Positions 42,115 through 50,793 of a stretch of DNA of 64,000 nt are shown here, in pieces. Below the pieces are notes generated by a model. It was not told where the DNA came from. It saw only the letters and a program-made list of their open reading frames with translations, and did not search any database. This DNA comes from an uncultured delta proteobacterium. Its GTDB lineage: Bacteria > Myxococcota > Myxococcia > Myxococcales > Myxococcaceae. The position numbers were made by a program, and so were the translations under genes. The first letter of the stretch is position 1. Every line of letters begins with the position of its first letter. The DNA lies in contig CAVYSY010000028.1 in NCBI GenBank assembly GCA_963771175.1, positions 1 to 64,000 of the forward strand, given 5' to 3'.

Positions 42115-43497
42115 ATGGATTTTTCCGCGCTCGCTCTTTCACCGCCGCTGCTGCAGGTCCTCGAGGAGTTGGAGTTCCGGACCGTCACGCCCATCCAGGC
42201 CCAGAGCATTCCCGTGCTGTTGAAGGGCAAGGATCTCGTCGGCCAGGCGAAGACGGGAAGCGGGAAGACCGCGGCCTTCTCGCTTCCCATCCTGGAAAAG
42301 ATTCAACTCCAGCACCGGCGAATCCAGGCGCTCGTGCTCTGCCCGACGCGAGAGCTCTGTGCCCAGGTGGCCGGAGAGCTCCGCCGGTTGGGTCGGCGGT
42401 TGCCCGGACTCCAGGTCCTCGTGCTCGCGGGGGGCCAACCGGTCCGGCCCCAGGTGAACGCGCTCGAGAAAGGCGCCCACGTCGCCGTCGGGACTCCCGG
42501 CCGCATCCTGGACCTCCTCCAGCGCGAGGCACTCGACACGCGTCAGCTCGCCACCGTGGTGCTCGATGAGGCCGATCGCATGCTCGACATGGGCTTCCGC
42601 GAGGACATGGAGCGCATCCTCGGCGCGACCCCTCCGACGCGCCAGACCGTGCTCTTCTCGGCGACGTTCCCCCCGGACATCGAGGCGCTGAGCCGCGCCT
42701 TCCAGAAGCAGCCCACGCGCGTGACGGTCGTGGAGGAAGAAGCGGCTCCCGACATCCAGCAGCTCTGCTACCCCTGCGCGCCCGAGGAGAAGACGGCGCT
42801 CCTGCTGCGCATCCTGCGGCAGTACCAGCCGGCCTCCGCCATCGTGTTCTGCAACCTCAAGGCGACGGTGGTCGAGCTGACGCGGGCACTGATCGCGGCC
42901 GGGGTGAGCGCGGACGGTCTCCAGGGAGACCTGGAGCAGATTGAGCGCGACCGCGTCATGGCGAAGTTCCGCAATCACAGCATCCGCGTCCTCATCGCCA
43001 CGGACGTGGCGGGCCGTGGCATCGACGTCGAGGCCCTCGATGCCGTCATCAACTTCGATCTGCCCTCGCAGTCCGAGCCCTACGTGCACCGCATCGGTCG
43101 CACGGGGCGCGCGGGAAGAAGGGGTCTCGCCATTTCCCTCGTCACCCCGGCAGACGAGCACAAGGTCGAGAACATCGAGCACGACACCAAGGTGCAGCTG
43201 GAGCGCGCGAGCGTGGAGACGCTGCCCCCGGCGGCAACCCGTGGGGCGTCACTGGAGTCGACCTGGGAGACGCTCCTCATCTTCGCCGGACGCAAGGACA
43301 AGATGAGGCCGGGTGACATCCTCGGTGCGTTGACGGGAGAGGCCGGCGGGCTGAGTGCCTCCGACGTCGGGAAGATCGAAATCCACGACCATCTCGCCTA
43401 CGTCGCCGTCTCCAAGCGCCTCGTGAACGTGGCACTCCAGCGGCTGCGCGACGGCCGCATCAAGGGGCGCAAGCAGCGCATCGAACGGGTGCGGTAG
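42115..43497 (+). CDS. dbpA: ATP-dependent RNA helicase DbpA
   Basis: AKTGSGKT, PTREL, DEAD, SAT, HRIGRTGRAG and DbpA RNA-binding domain GRKDKMRPGDILGALTGE..GKIEI. Confidence 0.93.
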   Translation: MDFSALALSPPLLQVLEELEFRTVTPIQAQSIPVLLKGKDLVGQAKTGSGKTAAFSLPILEKIQLQHRRIQALVLCPTRELCAQVAGELRRLGRRLPGLQVLVLAGGQPVRPQVNALEKGAHVAVGTPGRILDLLQREALDTRQLATVVLDEADRMLDMGFREDMERILGATPPTRQTVLFSATFPPDIEALSRAFQKQPTRVTVVEEEAAPDIQQLCYPCAPEEKTALLLRILRQYQPASAIVFCNLKATVVELTRALIAAGVSADGLQGDLEQIERDRVMAKFRNHSIRVLIATDVAGRGIDVEALDAVINFDLPSQSEPYVHRIGRTGRAGRRGLAISLVTPADEHKVENIEHDTKVQLERASVETLPPAATRGASLESTWETLLIFAGRKDKMRPGDILGALTGEAGGLSASDVGKIEIHDHLAYVAVSKRLVNVALQRLRDGRIKGRKQRIERVR

Positions 43498-43506
43498 AAC
43501 GCACGA

Positions 43507-43540
43507 AGGCCCGCCCTGGGGTGCGCTCCAGGACGGGCCT
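43507..43540. terminator. Hairpin between convergent helicase genes
   Basis: aggcccgccctgg...ccaggacgggcct. Confidence 0.55.
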
Positions 43541-43560
43541 CGGGTGAGTGGCGCTCTCGC

Positions 43561-45420
43561 CTACCGGCCCCGACGTCCCCCGCCGCTACGGCCTCGCGAG
43601 GAGGGGCCCCCACGTGGAGCACTACCCCCGCGCCCGCCCCCCTTGCCACCCGGGCGCGCCGAGCCACGAGGCCCGCCTCTGCCCTGGCCGGAGCTCCTCC
43701 CGCCTTCATCCCTCGCTCCACGGGCCGTGTCCCGACCACGCCCGCCTTCACCGCGGCGCGCGGGCGGCCCCCGACGAGAGCCTTCCCGGTCGAATGCGCG
43801 CTCCCCGCGCGGGGCCTCCTCCCTCCCGCGACGAGGTGCCGCGCCACGGGCGGAGCCACGCTCGTCCGTCGCTCGGGCGGAACCCCTGCCACGACCCGGG
43901 GCCTCACGGCGGCTGCCGTCCCTCCCCCGGCCCTCCGAGGCCTCGCGTCTCGGGCCCGCGCCACGGGCGGAGCCACGCTCGTCCGTCCCTCGGGTGGAAC
44001 CCCTGCCGCGACCCGGGGCCTCACGGCGGCTGTCATCCCCGCCGCGGCGCTTCGGGGCCTCACGTCTCGGGCCCGCACCACGGGCCTCGCTCCGGGCACC
44101 GCTGGCGGCCCGGGAAGGTGTGCGCTCCGCCTTGCGTCCCTCGCGGCGGGGCGCCTTCCGGTCGGGCACCGCCTTCTCGAGGCGCTTCTCCGCCGCGCGT
44201 GTCCGGGCCTCGTTGCGCGCCCTCGTCTTTCCGCTCACGGGGGCGGACTCCAGCTCCGCCTCCTCCTGCCCGCCCTCGAACGCCTCCAGTTCCTCGCGGA
44301 AGGCGGGGTCCTCGCGCGGCACCTCGGCGCGTGGCAGGGGCATGCGGATGATGCGCTCGATGGCGTGCACGGTCTCCTCGTCCCGCGCGGTGACGAAGGT
44401 CGAGGCGCGCCCACTCGCGCCGGCTCGCGCCGTGCGGCCGATGCGGTGCACGTAGTCCTCCGGCGAGTGGGGCAGGTCGAAGTTGATGACGTGCCCGACG
44501 TCATCCACGTCCAGCCCGCGCGACGCGATGTCGGTGGCCACCAGGCAGCGGTACAGCCCGTTCCGGAAGCCCTCGAGCGCCTGCCGACGCTGGCCCTGCG
44601 TGCGGTCGGAGTGGATGAGGGCGGCCTTGTAGCCCGCGCCCTTGAGGATCTCCTGCACCTTCTCGGCGCGCTCCCGGGTGCGGGTGAAGACGATGGCGCT
44701 CAGTTGGTCCCTGGCGAGCAGGGAGAGCAGCAGCGGGTACTTCTCCGTGGCCTCGACCTCGTACATCCGCTGCACGGCGCGGGCAGCGGGAGTGCCGCTC
44801 GGAGTGACCTCGACGCGGACGGGCCGGCGCAGCACCTCCTGGGCGAAGCGGGTGACGTTGTGGCCGAGGGTGGCGGAGAAGAGGAGCGTCTGGCGCTCGC
44901 GAGGCAGGGCGGCGAGGATCTGCTCCAGCTCGGGCTGGAAGCCCAGCTCCAGCATGCGGTCGGCCTCGTCCAGCACGAGCATGCGCACCGCCGAGAGGTT
45001 CACCGCGCCGGCCTTCAGCAGGTCGGCGAGCCGGCCCGGGGTGGCGAGGACGAGGGAGGGACGCTGGCGGAGCGCCTCCACCTGGGCGCCCATGTCCGTG
45101 CCGCCGATGACCACCGCCCGGGAGACCCCGCGCGGCTCACCGAAGAAGGTGGCCTCCTCGGCGATCTGCTGCACCAGCTCGCGGGTGGGGGCGAGCACCA
45201 GCCCGGCCGGGCCCGGCTCACCGGCCAGACGCTCGACGAGGGGCAACAGGTAGGCGGCGGTCTTGCCGGTGCCGGTGGCGGCACAACCGATGACGTCCCG
45301 CCCGGCGAGTGCCGGCGGGATGGCCTGGGCCTGGATCGGGGTGGGCGAGGCGAAGCGGGCGCGCCGCACCGCACCAAGCGATTCTTCAGAGAGGCCGAGG
45401 GACTTGAAAGATGAGCTCAC
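43561..45420 (-). CDS. DEAD-box RNA helicase (RhlE-like) with long Arg/Gly-rich tail
   Basis: AATGTGKT, PTREL, DEAD, SAT, HRIGRTARAG; GTG 45420; tail contains a 39-aa tandem repeat. Confidence 0.93.
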   Translation of the reverse strand: MSSSFKSLGLSEESLGAVRRARFASPTPIQAQAIPPALAGRDVIGCAATGTGKTAAYLLPLVERLAGEPGPAGLVLAPTRELVQQIAEEATFFGEPRGVSRAVVIGGTDMGAQVEALRQRPSLVLATPGRLADLLKAGAVNLSAVRMLVLDEADRMLELGFQPELEQILAALPRERQTLLFSATLGHNVTRFAQEVLRRPVRVEVTPSGTPAARAVQRMYEVEATEKYPLLLSLLARDQLSAIVFTRTRERAEKVQEILKGAGYKAALIHSDRTQGQRRQALEGFRNGLYRCLVATDIASRGLDVDDVGHVINFDLPHSPEDYVHRIGRTARAGASGRASTFVTARDEETVHAIERIIRMPLPRAEVPREDPAFREELEAFEGGQEEAELESAPVSGKTRARNEARTRAAEKRLEKAVPDRKAPRREGRKAERTPSRAASGARSEARGAGPRREAPKRRGGDDSRREAPGRGRGSTRGTDERGSARGAGPRREASEGRGRDGSRREAPGRGRGSARATDERGSARGAAPRRGREEAPRGERAFDREGSRRGPPARRGEGGRGRDTARGARDEGGRSSGQGRGGPRGSARPGGKGGGRGGSAPRGGPSSRGRSGGGRRGR

Positions 45421-45525
45421 ACAAGAGGGGCTATCACGCCCGGACGCGCGGGGCGACCCACAACGGCTCACCGGGAAAAGGAGGGCCTCCGCCCGGCCGA
45501 CCCCCTGACACCCATTCCTCCCGGT

Positions 45526-45876
45526 TCAACTCACCCTCGGTAAAGGGGGAAGGTTCAGCTCGTCCACGGTGAGCGACTGGATGCGCACCCACTTCATCCG
45601 GGCGGAGCCGACGCCGAGTGAGCCGAGGCCCAGGGCCCCGATGGAGAGCGCACCGATGCTCAAGGCCCCGAGGGCGAACGCCCCCACGGCCGTCGCGCCA
45701 ATGGCCAGGGCCGGAAGGGCGAGGGACCTGCCTCGCTCACGGAGGCGCCGACGCTCTGTCCAACGGAGGAGGAGAGGCACGGCAATCGTCTGGGCAACGA
45801 GCAAGGGAACAGACGAGAGGAATCCCTCCCGTAGTCGGGACGACAGCTGCATCTTCTGCTGGGTGAGCGCGAGCAT
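45526..45876 (-). CDS. Small membrane protein with GAL(S/G)(I/L) repeats
   Basis: Hydrophobic AVGAFALGALSIGALSIGALGLG followed by IQSLTVDEL; start codon uncertain. Confidence 0.6.
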   Translation of the reverse strand: MLALTQQKMQLSSRLREGFLSSVPLLVAQTIAVPLLLRWTERRRLRERGRSLALPALAIGATAVGAFALGALSIGALSIGALGLGSLGVGSARMKWVRIQSLTVDELNLPPLPRVS

Positions 45877-45978
45877 GTGCCATGGATGGAGCGACCCGAG
45901 CCCCGAGGCAATTGCCCTGGCGGGTCCCCGGACGCTTGCACGAGGCGCACAAGGAGACCTCCCGGGCGCGTTTTCGAA

Positions 45979-46005
45979 AAACCTGTCCGACAGTCGGACA
46001 GGTTT
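45979..46005. repeat. Perfect 27-bp palindrome, dispersed repeat
   Basis: aaacctgtccgac-a-gtcggacaggttt; related copy at 61539-61563 and half-site at 27570-27580. Confidence 0.85.
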
Positions 46006-46450
46006 GCGCGAAGTGCACCCGGGGGGGCCACCGGTTCCACTCCTCATCGGGAAGTCGTTCCGGAAGATGTCCACCACGTAGCCGAGCGCATGGTGCTCAC
46101 GTTTTCGGGTCGTAGAAGTAGACCCTGACCACCTCGGCTGGAGGCAGGATGCCGTGCCTCCCACACCCGTCTCGGACCACACGAACTCCCAACGTCTGGG
46201 CAACTCCCGGCCCGCCATGTCTTCCGCGAAGGCCGTCACCGTTGCGAGCGCCTGCTTGCGCAGCCCCCGCGATGGAGACGAGCGAACTCCGGGGCTTCGG
46301 CCAGGCCTCTGAGGAACAAAGGCCGCGCGCGCCCACCTGGGCAGTAGGACGTCCCGGATGCGCCCGCGCACCTCCTGGATTGGCGGCTCGACTCGGTGCA
46401 AACAGGAGCCTCGGGCCTTGAGCAGACGGGGAGGCCAGGGAGGAGCACGC

Positions 46451-47248
46451 GTGGGCACGGAGAAGAAGGTCGAGTCGAGCAGGGAGGACGTGGAGCAGTT
46501 GGGGCCGTACCAACTCCAGGAGCAGGTGCCGCAGGACGAGCACAGCCGGGGGGAGCTCTACCGGGCCACGCACGAGACGAGCGGGGCGACGGCCCTGGTG
46601 CTCAAGCCCTCCGCCGGGGACGAGGCCCACCCGGAGCCGCTGACCGACTGGCGGGTGCGCTACATCTCCTCGGCCTCTCCCAACTACGTCGCCATGGAGG
46701 TGGAGCACTCTCCCTGGTCCGTTGCCCAAGACAAGCACTCCGTGGAGGCTCTGGTGTGCACGTTCGAGGATATGCATGAGGGGGTGCGGCGCATGACCCA
46801 TGCCTTCCCCGCCACCAAGGAGCCTCGCCCCCGGTGGCGCATGGGGCTGGTGCTGGCTGGCGCCGCCGCCGTGGGTGCCCTGGTCTTCGCCCTGGTCCGT
46901 CTCGCCCCCGGAGCCCAACCGCCCGCCGGCCCGGACCCCGTGGCGAGAATCGCGCCTGCCCCCCTGCGCGACGAGGTGCCGACGGACGGCCTGGTGCCCC
47001 TCACGGAGCTTTCACTCCTGGTTCCCACGGAAGGGTCCCCTGCCCTCACCCACCCCTTGCCGAGCAGACCCTACAAAGGGCAGAGGCGCCCTCCCTGCAA
47101 GCCCCGGGTCGAGGTGGAGCTCAACGGTGGCTGCTGGGTGCCTCACGAGTTGAAGGCACCCTGCCCGGAGGACCTCTACGAGTACCAGGGCAAGTGCTAC
47201 ACGGTCTCCATGCAGCCCCAGCCGCAGCCCCAAGCGCTCGGGCAGTGA
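46451..47248 (+). CDS. Membrane protein with truncated kinase N-lobe-like region and Cys-rich C-terminal domain
   Basis: LGPYQLQE..GELYRATHETSGATALVLK; one TM helix; KGQRRPPC..GGCW..CP..YEYQGKCY; AGGAG SD before GTG. Confidence 0.8.
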   Translation: MGTEKKVESSREDVEQLGPYQLQEQVPQDEHSRGELYRATHETSGATALVLKPSAGDEAHPEPLTDWRVRYISSASPNYVAMEVEHSPWSVAQDKHSVEALVCTFEDMHEGVRRMTHAFPATKEPRPRWRMGLVLAGAAAVGALVFALVRLAPGAQPPAGPDPVARIAPAPLRDEVPTDGLVPLTELSLLVPTEGSPALTHPLPSRPYKGQRRPPCKPRVEVELNGGCWVPHELKAPCPEDLYEYQGKCYTVSMQPQPQPQALGQ

Positions 47249-47713
47249 GGGGCACGGGGCCCCTCGCCAGGGACTCCGAGCCGCCAAGAGCTGAGTCCTT
47301 CCGCACACTTAGAGCCTCACCCTCGGGGTCCACCCTGTCGGGTGGGTCACCCCGACGAGATCGACCTCCAGAGGGGGGCAACAGGGCATCCACGCCCGTG
47401 ACGGCCCGGCCGCTTTTCCGTGGAGTCCTGTCCGGTGCCGCCCCAGGGTTCGCGGTTCCACGGCGGGGGCACGGGCCGGGCGTTATCCCTGGCATTACCG
47501 TCCCCGGTCAGGGAGAGTGCGGAGCGGGCTCCCCCGCCTACCGAGTGAGCAGGCACTTGGAGGCACTGCGGTATAAGGTGGCCCCCCTGTCAGGCTCGGG
47601 ACGAGAGAAGGGCGGACTGCCGTACACATCCGTGTCCGACCCCCTGTCACACCCGAGGGATCTGCCCCACCATTGAGGGGCAAGTCCTGAAACCCATTTC
47701 CGAGGAGAGGCAC

Positions 47714-48421
<708 letters not shown>

Positions 48422-48431
48422 ATGGAACCTC

Positions 48432-48464
48432 CCGCACGCGGTGGACGCGATCCACGGCGTGCGG
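48432..48464. terminator. Hairpin between convergent infC and VOC genes
   Basis: ccgcacgcggtgga-cgcga-tccacggcgtgcgg. Confidence 0.55.
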
Positions 48465-48520
48465 AACCGAGGCGCGGCCCGCTCCGTCACCTGAGTGAGG
48501 GCGGGCCGCGAGCCACGTGA

Positions 48521-49090
48521 CTAGGCGTTCTGCGGCGGCGGTCCACTCATCATGGTCGCGGCGCGGCGAGCCATCTCCTTCGGAGTGACGTTCTCCTTGT
48601 GGGTCGCGATCTGCCAGTCGTGGCCGAACGGATCCTTGACGCGCCCGTAGCGGTCTCCCCAGAACATGTCGGCCAGGGGCATCGAGACCTTCGCGCCCGC
48701 GGAGAGGGCCTGGTTGAACAGCGCGTCCGCGTCCTTCGTGTAGATGAGCATGCTCGCCGAGATGCCGCCGACGGTCTCGGGCGAGGAGGAGCCCATCGCG
48801 GGGAACTCGTCGCTGAGCATCACGATGGAGTCGCCGATCTTGATCTCCGCGTGCATGACCTTGCCCTCCGGACCCGCCATCCGGTTCAGCTCCTTGGCGC
48901 CGAAGGCCTTCTTGTAGAACTCGATCGCCTTGTCCGCGCCGCGCACCACGATGCTCGGCGTGACCACGTGATAGCCCTTCGGAATCGGCTGCACCTTCGC
49001 GCGCTTCTTCGCGGGCACCTTCTTGGCGACCTTCTTCGCCGCAGTCCGAACCCGCTCCGCTGCCTTCTTGGCTGCCTTCTTCAACGCCAT
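48521..49090 (-). CDS. VOC/glyoxalase (PhnB-like) protein with Lys/Ala-rich N-terminal tail
   Basis: AIEFYKKAFGA, MHAEIKIGDS, DMFWGDRYGRVKDPFGHDW. Confidence 0.92.
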   Translation of the reverse strand: MALKKAAKKAAERVRTAAKKVAKKVPAKKRAKVQPIPKGYHVVTPSIVVRGADKAIEFYKKAFGAKELNRMAGPEGKVMHAEIKIGDSIVMLSDEFPAMGSSSPETVGGISASMLIYTKDADALFNQALSAGAKVSMPLADMFWGDRYGRVKDPFGHDWQIATHKENVTPKEMARRAATMMSGPPPQNA

Positions 49091-49329
49091 GGTTCACCCC
49101 TCCGGGAAAGTCACATCCAGCTCCCAGTCCTCGCGGAAGAGCGCGTCACAGTCGACTCGCGCGACCGCAGCGGACCGAGGGCAAGCAGCATGAAATGAAT
49201 TCGAGCGCCCTTCAACACGCCAGCCAGGCCCATGGTCGTCCATCTATCGGGTCGAGGCGGGGCCGCTCGGCGGCGTTGCGAACCTCGGGACCCTGGCCTA
49301 AGACTCGGTGCGCCGTCCGGGAGCCGCTC

Positions 49330-49968
49330 GTGGCCGAAGCCGTCGACTACTTCTCCAATCATCGCTTGAAGCTGCGCTACCCCTGGCGCCTGTACCACGG
49401 GCCTCTCACGGACGCGTTCTCGCGGGCGGTGCGCGAGGCCTCGGGACCCGAGCTCCTCAACGTGGGCTCCGGGCCCTTCTTCGAGCTGGAGCTCCTCCCT
49501 CCGTCCGACAAGCGCTGGACCATCTGCGACATCGACGCGCGCGCCGTCGAGCTCGCCCAGCGGATTCATGGCGGCCGGCTCGCCCGGGCGGATGTGATGG
49601 AGGCCGACAAGCCCCTGCCCTACCAGGACAACAGCTTCGACCTCGTGGCGAGCATGGACGTCATCGAGCACGTGCTCGAGCCGGAGCGGTTCGTCCGCGA
49701 AATCCTCCGCGTGCTGAAGCCGGGTGGCCGGCTGTTCTTCACCACGCCCAACTACCAGTCCCTGTCCCTCAAGGTGCTGGAGTCCACCGTGCTCGAGGCC
49801 ATCGCCCGGGTGCAGGGCTTCAGCCGCAAGAACCTCCACCCCACCAAGTTCAACCCCGACCGACTGCGGCGCATCCTCGAGGACTGTGGCGCCACGCGCG
49901 TGTCGGTGGAGGTCATCTCGTTCGGCTGGGTGCTGGTCGCCGAGGCCGAGAAACCGCACGCCGCCTGA
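49330..49968 (+). CDS. Class I SAM-dependent methyltransferase
   Basis: [37 protein letters not shown] 49330 with GGAG upstream. Confidence 0.9.
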   Translation: MAEAVDYFSNHRLKLRYPWRLYHGPLTDAFSRAVREASGPELLNVGSGPFFELELLPPSDKRWTICDIDARAVELAQRIHGGRLARADVMEADKPLPYQDNSFDLVASMDVIEHVLEPERFVREILRVLKPGGRLFFTTPNYQSLSLKVLESTVLEAIARVQGFSRKNLHPTKFNPDRLRRILEDCGATRVSVEVISFGWVLVAEAEKPHAA

Positions 49969-49971
49969 GCC

Positions 49972-50781
49972 ATGAGCAACGAAATCACCCTCGACGATTT
50001 CCGGGAGTACTTCCCCTACGCGCCCACCGCGCTCTCCATCAAGGAGTGCGTCCGGCTCTCGCGCACCCGCGGGCTCAACTGCCCCAGCCCCATCCTCGAC
50101 GTGGGCTGTGGCGACGGGCTCTTCGCCAAGCTCGCGTTCCAGAACGCCGAGGTGTGGGGCATCGACATCGACAGCAGGGAGGCCCGGCGCGCGCAGGCCA
50201 GTCGCGCGTATGAGCAGATCGTCCTCGCGGATATTACGCGGGCGAAGCTGCCGGACGGCTTCTTCGCGTCCTGCCTCGCCAACTGCTCGCTCGAGCACAT
50301 CCCGGACCTGGGCGCGGCGCTGCGCAACATCCACCGCGCGCTCAAGCCCGGAGCGCCCTTCTACACCTTCCTGCCGAACAAGGACTGGGCGCGCTACATG
50401 ACGTCCACCCAGACGCTGGCGAAGCTGGGGCTCACGCCGCTCTCGGAGACCCTCCAGGAGAGCATCAACAGCATCTTCAAGCACCGCCACCTCGAGGACG
50501 CGGACGGCTGGCGCCGGCACTTCGAGGAGGCGGGCTTCGTCGTGGACGCCGTGGAACCCATTGGCAGCACCGCGTCCACGCGCGCCTTCGAGGCCTTCCT
50601 CCTGCCCTCCACCCTCGGGTGGCTGAACAAGAAGCTCACCGGCCGCTGGTCTCTCTCCTCCGAGCTGAGGAAGTGGACGGTGCTGCCGGCATATGCGCTG
50701 GTCCGCATGGCCCTCGCCATGGCGAAGGATGAGACGCCCACGGCGGAATTCCTGCTCGCATGTCACAAGCCGAAGGCGTGA
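49972..50781 (+). CDS. Class I SAM-dependent methyltransferase
   Basis: ILDVGCGDG, GIDID, SLEHIPD, RALKPG. Confidence 0.9.
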   Translation: MSNEITLDDFREYFPYAPTALSIKECVRLSRTRGLNCPSPILDVGCGDGLFAKLAFQNAEVWGIDIDSREARRAQASRAYEQIVLADITRAKLPDGFFASCLANCSLEHIPDLGAALRNIHRALKPGAPFYTFLPNKDWARYMTSTQTLAKLGLTPLSETLQESINSIFKHRHLEDADGWRRHFEEAGFVVDAVEPIGSTASTRAFEAFLLPSTLGWLNKKLTGRWSLSSELRKWTVLPAYALVRMALAMAKDETPTAEFLLACHKPKA

Positions 50782-50793
50782 CCCCCCCGCCGG

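Noticed and set aside
46040..46400. Protein-like minus-strand stretch (ELPRRWEFVWSE..YVVDIFRNDF)
   Set aside because: May be a decayed gene, but I cannot assign a family, start or boundaries.
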